Positions 38,830-49,691 of a DNA stretch of 64,000 bases are shown piece by piece. Under the pieces are notes generated by a model. The model did not search any database. It had not been told where the DNA came from and saw nothing but the letters and a program-made list of their open reading frames with translations. This stretch comes from Leucoraja ocellata (lineage: Eukaryota). The position numbers and the translations under genes are program-made. The stretch's first letter is position 1; the number at the start of each line of letters is the position of its first letter. The DNA lies in assembly GCA_036785375.1 (NCBI GenBank), contig JAWMAR010000471.1:1178001-1242000 (forward strand), in the 5' to 3' direction.

Positions 38830-39111
38830 GTCTACTGAACGTCAGAGAAACGTCAGAACCACATCAGATGTTTCACATCAACTTCCAGGAACCAAACAAA
38901 TCAGCAGGCGTAACGGTCCCCTTCTCAAACTCTCCCTCTCCTCGCACATCGATTGGGATGTTTTCAAATATTCCCAGGACACCTCCCGCGCCTAAACCAA
39001 CAGGCCAGCAGAGGTTCCCGCTCAGTTCTCCGGGATAGGCTGCAGGATCTGTCTGGCGACCTGGTTTCCAGCCTCTCGTCACGCAAACTATTTATTCCCT
39101 GAGAAGGCGCG
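38830..39111 (+). promoter_or_regulatory. Putative NAR-TCR V promoter (paralogs ~53940-54220, ~58300-58740)
   Basis: Conserved non-repeat block upstream of each leader with clustered ACGTCA/CGTCA half-CRE sites and an AT-rich TATTTATT-like element. Confidence 0.5.
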
Positions 39112-39595
39112 ATGGGAATCATCCTGTTGTTTGTGCTGTCACTCTGCTTACGCCGTGAGTACCGGTCCCCTACTCCCACACAGTGCGGGTTTAACATAAA
39201 ACAACTCGAGTCCACTCCGACCTGAATTTCAAACGCTGCCCGCGATGTGTCCTTCTGCCATAGTTCGCCTCGAATTCCCACTCACCTCTCCCTGTGTTTA
39301 ATCTACAGACTCCTTCAGTCAGTCAGTGACCCAGAGCCCGAATGCGGTGGCTGGAAAAGAGTGTGAGTTCGTCACCATCACCTGCCTTTTCCAAGAAGGT
39401 TCCCGGGGTTACTACGAATTTAATGTAGGACATTTCTTCAAGCAAGCACAACCCGGTGCTAAACGGCAACGGATCACAACAGGTGGACGGTTTGTTGTGT
39501 CAACCAATAAATTTACATTTACGTTGAAAATTCTTGGTTTGAGAGTTGAGGACATGGCCACATATTACTGTCAAGCTGAGTACAGGTGGAGCATA
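39112..39595 (+). CDS. NAR-TCR (IgNAR-like) V gene segment 1: leader 39112..39154, V exon 39309..39595
   Basis: Leader MGIILLFVLSLCLR with phase-1 gtgagt. V: SVTQSP..GKECEFVTITC..HFFKQ..RITTGGRFVVS..FTLKILGLRVEDMATYYC. The short C-to-D region (no CDR2) is VNAR-like; extra FR1 Cys. Confidence 0.9.
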
Positions 39596-39633
39596 CACAG
39601 TGATGGGCGTGCGGTTCCAGCAATACAAAAACC
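39596..39633 (+). other. RSS of V1 (CACAGTG-22-ACAAAAACC)
   Basis: Consensus heptamer and nonamer. Confidence 0.97.
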
Positions 39634-39957
39634 CTGACGGCAGATTCTAGTAGCAACGTGAAGACGCGAGGTGAATCCACCGGGTAAACCCACGGGCCCG
39701 CTTTGTCCCGCCTGCCCTGCATTCTGGGTTACACCGGATGAAATGCGTGCGATTCAAACAATGGGGTTTCTCTATTTGGCGAGTGCGGCTGGATAATGCC
39801 CCCTGTACCGAAAATGGTGGAACCAACTGCCATCGAGAATGACTGACCCCTCTTCTGATGCACAACTCCAGACGGGATCCAGTTACACAAACTTCAATCT
39901 GAAAAATGCATTCGCTGAACGTTAATCTCCTGCCCGCCCGTCTCGCCGGGCGCCTGG

Positions 39958-40028
39958 GGATTTGAAAGTGACGTGTAACAACGTGTGGCAGCTGGATATC
40001 CACAGTGTAGGAGAGTCGAGTAAAAACT
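39958..40028 (+). other. D segment 1 (39986..40000 TGGCAGCTGGATATC) with 12/12 RSSs
   Basis: GGATTTGAA-12-CAACGTG on the 5' side; CACAGTG-12-GTAAAAACT on the 3' side; conserved in all three cassettes. Confidence 0.85.
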
Positions 40029-40339
40029 CACCCCATTCAAGATATATATTCTTGGGTTCCCCAACCAAAATCATACGATTATTGTTCGTGACGCTGTAGT
40101 CCAGATAAATTACACAGGGATTACCACATTCCGTTAACATTCCTTAATAATTGGTTCCCTGTTTGTCAAAGCACACAAGCCTGCGTGTGGGAGATCACTC
40201 TGCTCTTAGCTCTGTTTCTTAGCGGGAACCGGTCGACTCACCGAGGATTGTGGAGCAAGGACAGTAACTGGTTGGTCTGAGACTCCTGGAATAATTGGAC
40301 AGCGATTCTAATGGTAGCCGGGCAAATAGAGGTGAGGAC

Positions 40340-40435
40340 TGTTCTAGTACTGCGAGCATCGAGAGACGGGGCACTGTGGACCGTTGAGCACTTACTATCA
40401 GGATGGGACGGGGACTACGGCGACTGTCACAGCCG
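40340..40435 (+). other. J segment 1 (40379..40435, PLSTYYQDGTGTTATVTA) with 23-RSS
   Basis: TGTTCTAGT-23-CACTGTG; GxGT motif; phase-1 donor G|GTAAG. Confidence 0.9.
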
Positions 40436-41879
40436 GTAAGTACCCTAAACCTCTCTTATCCACGGTTGTTCTTGGAAATCTTCGGTTCCCTTTAACATTG
40501 GATCACGAGGCATCAATTGCTTTCCAATTGAAACAGATTCTAGTGCCAGAAACTTGGGCTAGATGTTACGATACACGTGGACCCAATGAGAGGATATGTC
40601 GGGCTCCCCGGGAGCACAACGTCAATCAGGTTGAAGAATACCGGCTTCCCCAAAACCCGTCAGGATCGGGAACACCATACCGCGCTAACCACAGCTATGA
40701 AATTCTATACAGACACAAATAAATGAGGACGCTGACATCGGATTCTGAAGTCTAGATTCCAAATGTCGGCTATCAATGTTCTCCTGAAATGCTGCCTGAC
40801 CCGCGGAGCTATTCCTACCACCAAACCGACGGCTTGCTCCAAAACACTGCGCCAATTCACCCTCTTGGTCTACCAGTTACTGCAGCACTTTGTGTTCATA
40901 AACTTTTCATAATTGTCTCTGGTTATACAAAGGATTTGTTTTTTTTTGTTGCTCTGGGATTGTGGCCATTAATTGATTCAAATCGTTTTGTATTATTATG
41001 AGAGGAATGGGGGTGATCGTGCGGAATCATTGGAGAATTGATCGGGTAGATACGCAGAGTCTCTTGTGCAGAGTAGCTGAGTCGATGACCGGCGGACGCA
41101 GGTTTAAGCTGAAGGGGAAGATTTATTAGGATTTCAGGGGTAACGTTTTCACACGGAGGGTAGTGGGTGAACAGAACAAGTTGTCAGAGTTACATAGCTG
41201 AAGGTGGCACTATCCCACTGTTTAAGAATCAGTTAGACAAGTACATGGACAGGACAGGTTTTTATGGATTGGACCCAACGCGGGTAGGTGAAACAATATT
41301 GCTGTGACATGTTTGCCGGTGTGTGCAACGTGAGCCGAAGAGCCTGTTTCCGCTTTATATTCCGCTCCATGACTCTATGACTCTGTTATCTGATGAAGCA
41401 TATTGCATTTCTAGGCCTGTGTGCATCTACAAGTAAGAATGTCACTGTTCCGTTGTCGGAACAGAATACATTTGAACAGCCTGTAATCGTCACTTTTGAT
41501 TCTAACGGGCAATGGCTGTTGGCCTTAATAGTTATGCCCACATCCAAAACAAAGACAAAGACCATGAGGCATAGAAGCAGAGTTAGGCCATTAGCCGGTC
41601 GTGGAAATTGAAATCCGCCTTTGGAAGTGAAAACGAAAAGTGCGCGGGTGAAGACTGCAATATGTAGCAAGGGTCAATTCAGAGAAAAGTGGGAAAGTAT
41701 CCGAGTTTGGAGCGTGAGGACGAAATGCCGATGTCAATGCTGCTCAAATCTCAATTAGAGTGACAGAGAGATCAGAACGTATCCTTCTCAAGTCCAGCGT
41801 GTGTAGGCTTGGAGTTAGCAAACGCTTCTGATGCGTGACCGAATGACCCCCCGCGTAAACCTCCGCTTGGCAATCTCCA

Positions 41880-42660
41880 AAACCACCTCATCCTTCCTCA
41901 GATACGGGACACAAATCTGCTCGCGATATTCCAAATGTGATCAAACCAGTGCCTAAAAAACATCTACCATTTACAGTAGATCCGTGTTTTTATATTCTAG
42001 TCGTCTCGAAATTAATGCTAACATTTAATTTGTCTCCCTGAACGACGATTTACACTGCAAATCCACAGTTTGGAGTTCCCGCACCTACATACACAAATCC
42101 CTTTGTACCGCCATTTCTGAATCCACTCCCCATTTAGAAAATAGAAAAGCGCCGTTAATCCTTCCGCCAAAGTGCATGCCCGTATAATGTGGTGTGTAGT
42201 ATTACATCTGTCACTTATTCCCCCCCCCCCCCCCCTCCCCTCCCCCTTCCAACGTGTTCCTGGAATTATTCAGTCTCCATGCTTACTCTACACTACCTGC
42301 CCCATCATCTATGTTTGGTATCGTCCGCGATATCAGCCGCAACAGCAATCAATTCCATCATCCAGATCATAAACATACAACGGGGAAAGTAGTGCACCCA
42401 ACATTGACCCATTAGTCAAAGGCAGCAAGCGGAAACAATCACTTTTATTCCAATATTTTGCCCTGCAACGGAAGCCTGTCCTCTGTCCAGGCTGAAACCT
42501 CATCTCTAACACCAATACTCCAATTTCAATTATCCGCTTCGCGTCCGGCACCAAGAAAGCTGCATTTCTGACTGTCCTTTGTCCATCCAGATAGCACTGA
42601 ACCGCATTTTTAATAATCGTTTCAAAAATCTTACCAATTATTGAAGCCATGCTAACCGCC
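41880..42660 (-). mobile_element. Old, diverged CR1-like RT remnant (paralog ~60890-61700)
   Basis: SIIGKIFETIIKN, GSMLGALL..LYVYDLD, ADDAK fragments. Confidence 0.7.
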
Positions 42661-43542
42661 TTATCATTACAACTGGCTTATCAATTTATCCCATAAAATC
42701 TATGGGATTGATCCACGCCCGCTGTGAGCGAAAGCCTGGGAAACAATCTATTTCTTACTCTAGGAAACAGAGGGAGGCTGGCGGGAGAGTAGATGGGCTG
42801 TGAGTGAAGCTGAACCGTCTGAAAACATTCCACTAACTGAAATCAAACGACAGCTGGCAGACCTGTTGAAACGGTTCTCTGGAGGGGGGAAATATGAACC
42901 ACAAGCAGCAAAAGGCGGGCATTCTAGATTAATAACCAAAACCGTTCTTCAATTCAATGAAAGTAAAATGTAGAAGGACGTTGCCCAGTGAAGGAAAAAA
43001 AACAACAACTCTTGATACATAAAGGGCAAAGCATTGATCCCGGGTTGTGTAAATTGGACTTAAAAGGTGACCTTCCAGTTGTTGAACCCAGAAGGCTGTG
43101 GAGGCCAAGTCAGGGGAAAATAAGGCAGGGTGAGATAGATTTTTGATTAGTCGAGGCGTCGGAGGTTTTGACATTGCGGAGAAGGCAGGAGAGCGGGGTT
43201 CGGAGGGTGACATAGTTCAGCCATTATTGAATGGCAGAGTGGGTCTGATGGGCCGAATGGCCTAATTGCACCGTTGAACCTTGACTATATCCAGGAAGGG
43301 ATACACTTCAGTCAAGCTGTGGGGAGAATGACTAGTTCTATTGTTTTAACGCCAAGAACCAATTAAAAAATATTAGAGAACCGAGTAAGGTAATTTATCT
43401 CATTCACCGAATCCCGACTCACTGAATCAGCTCCACTATTATTCCGTGCTCGCTTTGACTGTCCCCACAGCCTGGAATATTTCCAATTTCACTTTCATAA
43501 TCAGAGTTTGACCTCGCGGATATTCGTCAGTGATTGTCTCCA

Positions 43543-44500
43543 CGGTGGCACAACGGTAACGGTGCTGCCAAACAGCGCGTTTAGCACCAGAGACCCGAAT
43601 CCGATCCCGACTCCGAGTGTTGGCTGCACGGAGTTTGTATGTTCTCCCCATAATCTGTGTGGGTTTTCTCCGAGATAGAAACATAGAAACATAGAAAATG
43701 GGTGCAGGAGTTGGCCATTCGGCCCATCGATCCTGCACCGCCATTCAATATGATCATGACTGATCATCCAACTCAGAATACTGTACCTGCCTTCTCTCCA
43801 TACCCCCTGATCCCTTTAGCCACAAGGGCCACATCTAACTCCCTCTTAAATATAGCCAATGAACTGGCCTCAACTACCTTCTGCGGGAGAGACTTCCAGA
43901 GATTCACCACTCTCTGTGTGAAAAAAGTTTTCCTCATCTCGGTCATAAAAGATTTCCCCTTTATCTTTAAAATGTGACCCCTTGTTCTGGACTTCCCCAA
44001 CACCGGGAACAATCTTCCTGCATCTAGCCTGTCCAACCCCCTTAAGAATTTTGTAAGTTTCTATAAGATCCCCCCTCAATCTTCTAAATTCTAGCGAGTA
44101 CAATCCGAGTCTATCCATTCTTTCTTCTTATGAAAGTCCTGACATCCCAGGAATCAGTCTGGTGAACCTTCCCTGTACTCCCTCTATGGCAAAAATGTAT
44201 TTCCTCAAATTAGGAGACCAAAACTGAACGCAATAGTCCAGGTGTGGTCTCACCAATACCATGTACAACTGCAGTAGAACCTCCCTACTCCTATAATCTA
44301 GGGTTTCTTCCCACACTGCAAATACGGACAGTTTTGAAGGGTTATTGGCGCTCTATAAATGTAAATATTCCATCGTGTGTGTAGGATAGTGTTAATGTGC
44401 GGGGGTTGCAGGGCGGCGCGGACTTGGTGGGCCGAAGGGCCCGTTTCCGCGCTGTGTCCCTAAACTAAACTAAACTAAACTAAACTGAACTGAACTGAAC
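43543..44500 (+). mobile_element. V-SINE/HE1-like SINE interrupted by a CR1 3' fragment (43676-44296, -); uninterrupted paralog 62576-62905
   Basis: tRNA-like head, ggagtttgtatgttctcc core, (CTAAA)n tail. Confidence 0.8.
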
Positions 44501-44502
44501 TC

Positions 44503-45188
44503 CTTGAAGGTGGAATCGCATATAGACAGGGTGGTAAAGAAAGCTTTCGGTATGCTAGCCTTCATAAATCAGAGCATTGAGTATAGAAGCTGGGATGTAA
44601 TGTTAAAATTGTACAAGGCATTGTTGAGACCAAATCTGGAGTATGGTGTAGAATTTTTGTCACCCAATTGCCGGAAGGATGTCAACAAAATAGAGAGAGT
44701 ACAGAGGAGATTTACTAGAATGTTGCCTGGGTTTCAACAACAAAGTTACAGAGATAGGTTGAATAAGTTAGGTCTTTATTTTCTGGAGCGCAGAAGGTTA
44801 AGGGGGGACTTGATAGAGGTATTTAAAATGATGAGAGGGATAGACAGAGTTGATGTGGACAAGCTTTTCCCTTTGATAATAGGGAAGATTCAAACAAGAG
44901 GACGTGAATTCAGTATTAAGGGACAGAAGTTTAGGGGTAACATGAGGGGGAACTTCTTTACTCAGAGAGTGGTAGCTGTGTGGAATGAGCTTCCAGTGGA
45001 AGTGGTGGCGGCATGTTCGTTGGTATAATTTAAAAATAAATTGGATAGGCATATGGATGAGAAGAGAATGGAGGGTTATGGTATGAGTGCAGGCAGGTGG
45101 GACTAAGGGAAAACAAGTTGTTCGGCACGGACTTGTAGGGCCGACATGGCCTGTTTCCGTGCTGTAATTGTTATATCGTTATATGGTA
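44503..45188 (+). mobile_element. CR1 3' fragment just upstream of supporting Vdelta 1
   Basis: 174-aa ORF 44504..45028; absent from the paralogous site ~62905. Confidence 0.92.
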
Positions 45189-45403
45189 ATGTAAACTAAA
45201 CCAAACTATACTAAAGAAAACTAACCTAAACGAAATTAAATCTCCACTCGTCGAGGGAACAATTAAAGGATCCATAAATAACGTTTCCATACATTTTGCA
45301 AAAATGTGATGAACTACCGGAGACGGTAACTAGTTTCTGTGTGTGTCACAGTCTCCAACAGTCAATGTTAAAACAATAACTATTCCTCTGTTATTTTCCA
45401 CAG

Positions 45404-45709
45404 ATTCCATTTCCGCGAGTTCCCAGAGTCCGCCTCAACAATCCTCTCTTTCTGGTGACACTGCCACCCTTAACTGCGTATATTCCGGATTCTGCTCGTA
45501 CACAGTACACTGGTACCGACAGTTCCCAGGGCAGGCTCTGGAATTCCTGCTCCAAAGACACACTTCAGGAAAGCAAGATGAGGAAGAGGCTGCCGAAAGT
45601 CGTATTTCTGGTTCTCTCGATCCTGCCCAGAAAATCAGTCAGTTAACGCTCTCTGAAGTACTGCCGAGCGACGAGGCTGTTTATTACTGTGGGATGAGTC
45701 CGCGCATCG
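45404..45709 (+). CDS. TRDV: Supporting TCRdelta V exon 1 (leaderless, CDR1 Cys)
   Basis: Acceptor ttttccacag. DSISASSQSPP..GDTATLNCVYSGFCSYTVHWYRQFPGQALEFL..DEAVYYCGM. No leader exon seen upstream; phase matches the J donor. Confidence 0.88.
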
Positions 45710-45748
45710 CACAGTGGCACGGCGCAGTGAGATAGCTGTACCAAAACC
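45710..45748 (+). other. 23-RSS of supporting Vdelta 1 (CACAGTG-23-ACCAAAACC)
   Basis: Consensus heptamer; nonamer has one mismatch. Confidence 0.95.
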
Positions 45749-45910
45749 TCAGCGTTGCGGAATACAGGCACACAGCCCTGCAGAACATCTGGGGCGCTAA
45801 CCGAGAACCTCAGTGTAGTATGGATTGTTTACACGTTGCCACGGAAGGAGGGAAAGACAAAATTATAAAGATAAATTATGTTGAGACTTACAGAAACACA
45901 ATTAGTCTGG

Positions 45911-46051
45911 NNNNNNNNNNNNNNNNNNNNNNNNNNNNNNNNNNNNNNNNNNNNNNNNNNNNNNNNNNNNNNNNNNNNNNNNNNNNNNNNNNNNNNNNNN
46001 NNNNNNNNNNNNNNNNNNNNNNNNNNNNNNNNNNNNNNNNNNNNNNNNNNN
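45911..46051. other. Assembly gap (141 N)
   Basis: Run of Ns. Confidence 0.99.
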
Positions 46052-47108
46052 AGTCGACCCACCCCAAGGGGCTTGCCTGTTTTCTACCGGGATGTGTTAA
46101 GAGTGAGGAATCTGGTTGTTTTCAGCCAGCGTGTTGCTCCACGAGGGGAGGGGGATGTTGCGGCTGCGGGAGTGGCCGGTCCTCAACAAATCACGGCGGG
46201 TGTCGAGGAGAGGCGTGCGCCTAGAGTGGTTTTAAATGAGCTCTTACCCGCTCCGTCAGATCTGCTCATTGGGCCTCGGTTCCGGGATATATCTCGGGCA
46301 CCGGTTCCACACAACCTGAGCCGCCTTTCGGAGATGATTAGCGTGCCGTTTCGTGATGCGAAGAGACGCTCACTGTATAGAATGTTCCTGCACATTCTGC
46401 ACCTCCTTGCCTTCGTCTCCCGTCCCGACACACCATGGCGGACGGTGTTACCACCTGAAGGCGGGGAAAGTCCCCAGTGGGGGTCCCTCTACAAGGGAGT
46501 TGTCCCCCTTTACGTGGGGGACCTGGGGTGGAGAGTGCTGCACAGAGCGGTGGCGTGTAACAAACTTTCGAGTCGGTTCACGGACTCGTCCGCTGCCTGT
46601 ATTTTTTGTGGCGAGGAAGAGACCGTGTTCCACATTTATATGGAGTGTGAGAGGCTACTGCCCCTGTATCAATATCTGAAGGGGTTGTTCCTAAAGTTCT
46701 GGTTACATTTTAGTCCTACGATTCTTGTGTTTGGACACAAGGCAGGGTGTGGGGAGAGCCAAGTGGGAGGGTGGGACCTACCTGTCGGTCTACTCCTGGG
46801 CCTGGCCAAGATGGCCATACGCGGGTCCAGGCAGCAGGCGATGGAAGGTAAGGCAAGAGTCGGCTACTTGCCCCTCTTTCGGGCCTACGTCCGTGCACGT
46901 GTGTCCCTGGAGAGGGAACATGCGGTGCTCACGGGGACTTTGGAGGTATTCCGTGGGCGCTGGTCACCGCGTGGGGTTGAGAGTATTGTGAATAATGATT
47001 GTAACGTTGTACTATGATGGCACGATATATTGTAAGTTCGTTTTGTGTATGACTTGATCTGTTGTATTATTTGATGTGTTGAATAAAGTCTTTGAAAAAA
47101 GAAAAAAA
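46052..47108 (+). mobile_element. Tx1-like non-LTR retrotransposon 3' end (open ORF2 C-terminus)
   Basis: DLGWRVLHRA..CIFCGEEETVFHIYMEC zinc-binding motif; AATAAA and A-rich tail running into (GA)n. Confidence 0.88.
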
Positions 47109-49691
47109 GAGAGAGAGATAATCTCCCGCTTCCCTGAACGGAAATCGAATTCGTACCCCTGGAGCATGAGGGAAACTGGCTTAATTATTGTGCCTTAATC
47201 TACGTAACTCATCCTGGCCATGGAAGGGGAGAGAGAAGGGGAGAGAGATAAGAAAAAAGTTTCTCACAGAGAGAGTGGTGAATCTTTGTAATTCTCTGCC
47301 ACAGAAGGTAGTTGAGGCCATTTCCTTGGCTATATTTAAGTGGGTGTTACATGTAGCCTTATGGCTAAAGGGATGGAGAGAAGGCAGGAACAGGATACCG
47401 AGTTGAATGATCAGTCATGATCATATTGAATGGCGGTGCAGGCTCTAAGGGCCGAATGGCCTACTCGTGCACCTATTTTCTATGTTTCTATGTTTCTCTG
47501 AGAGACATAAGCTCCGGAGATATACATGCGATCGACACGGGAACCACCCCCTCAGACCTGCGCAAGAAAGCGTTGGAATCAGCGTGGAGCTGAAAGAAAA
47601 ACATTAAAGATTCATACAATAAATTTTCACTTTTATTTAGCTGGATAGAAACTTCCAAATTTGTTTCACGAGAGATCAGCAAATTTTAAAAAATCCCACG
47701 TAGTAAGGCTTTGTAGAGTTAATCGGGAGAATCATCAATATTGTTATGGGGCATACAATATACTTTCAATGGAGACAACAGCGGAGAAGGTAAGATTTTA
47801 GCAACTGAATTCAAGCCATTTGGACTAAGGAGCCTGCTGCATTCAAATAAACACACGAGTAGGAAAATGGACAATGGTCTTCGTTACGATTATCCCTACT
47901 AAATGGCGAGAAATATGGTTCAAAATTTTCCCCACCACACAGAATAATTCCGCTCACATTTACATGTCACGGAATGCGCGAATAAACATGTCCCTGTGAG
48001 GGGATGCTGCATGATAATGTTGGCAAAGTTGACATATGGACACCTGGAGGAGTTTAGTATCCTTTAATATATTAGACATTGGTTTGTGAACGACAGAGTG
48101 CACGAGCAATGTTTATTTTAGGACACGATAACGCCATTTTAATTCATAAATGGCAGAATATTTTCTTTTCTTCACAGTTTGCGAGGGAAGAGGAGAAATA
48201 GGTAGATACAAAGTTAACCACCCACCAGCCCCAATTTTGTAGTATCAGGGGAACATTATGCGGCTTGCCGCCTCTTGAGTGCAAATGAACAGCAGGCAGT
48301 ATCTCTACAGGAAAAGGATAGATGACGGTTCTGGTCAGGATCCTTCTTCCGTCTGCAAGTAGGGCGAGGCCACTGGATGCAAGAGTAGGCCAGAACGAGG
48401 TAGGGAAGGCAACACGTGACTAGGAAATGAAGGAGCCCATAATTGCCCATCGTTGGCTGTGGAATAAGTGGTCACACACAACTACAAAGATGCGAGCAGT
48501 ACAACTAGTGTGATGACTATGTTGGGGGAGAGGGTGAGAGAAAGGGAGTCAAGCGACCTACGAGATGCTGCTCCTTCATTTTGTGCGTGACCTCGCTCTA
48601 GCAGTTGAGGAGTACAACGACAGAATGGTTTATATGGGAATGGGTAGAGGTGTTAAAATGTTTGCCCACCTGGGAACGTAAAGGCCAATGTGGAAATTGA
48701 TTTATTACCGTACATGGGAGCCACAGAGTCACAGAGTCACAGAGTGATACAGTGTGGTATCAGGACCTTCGGCCCAACTCGACCATACCGGCCAACAATA
48801 TCCCAGACACACCAGTCCCACGCATGCGCTTGGTCCATATCCCTCCAAATCTCTCCTATCCAAGTAACTTTCTAACTGCTGCTTAAACGACGGGATAGTC
48901 CCAGGCACAACTACCTCTTGTCGCAGCTTGTTCCGTACACCCACCATCCTTTGTATGAAAATGTTTCCCCACCGAATCCTCTTAAATATGTTTCCCTTCT
49001 CCTTGATCCAATGTCCTCTGGTCGTAGATTCACTGGGCAAACGACTCTGTGCATCTAACCGATATATTCATCTCACGATTTTGTATTTCTGGCACTCCTC
49101 ACCTATAGCTCTACATTGGATAGAAGTTTTCCGTATACAGAAGGTATTTTAATCACGGTATCTGTATGAAACTTTGCACAATCCACATCATCCGCTGCTA
49201 AAACAGCAGATTATCTTTCAACCGAAAACCTCGTCAATGAGCAATTTTTAACGTTTTTTTTTAAATGATAAAAGGAAATCATCAAACAACACGTTGCACA
49301 TATTCATCTGAAAATATTCACTCGTTTTGAAAACAATATGTTCCAGGCTTATGTATACATATTCGTGAAAACACAGAAGTTGGATGATTGAACGGGGCAC
49401 ATGGGAATACGTACACGAGTTGAGACTCAGTTGAGCCCATGAACCCCCGAAGCCGTTGGGCGCGTCCGACAGGGCGAATGGACATAAAATGCTGTATTTC
49501 CATATTTAATTTTTATTTTTTATTTAACCTTTATTTAACCAGGAGAAGTCTCATTGAGATTAAAAATCTCTTTTACAAGAGAGTCCTGGCCAAGACAGAC
49601 AGCAGCACAGTTCCACAGTTCCACAGTTCCACATATAAACCATACAGCAAAGCAACGCATGAAGACCAGCTGGTCACTCGTGTGTGTTATA

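Larger units (their letters stand above)
28480..45910. repeat. Segmental duplicon A: GPCR(-), NAR-type L-V-D-J(+), supporting Vdelta(+)
   Basis: Colinear similarity to 48015-63634, from atgttggca.agttgacatatggacacc to cacaattagtctgg. Confidence 0.9.

Noticed and set aside
39640-40330. Additional D segments as in three-D IgNAR clusters
   Set aside because: Other CAC-containing words lack a correctly spaced nonamer; only one D per cassette is supported.
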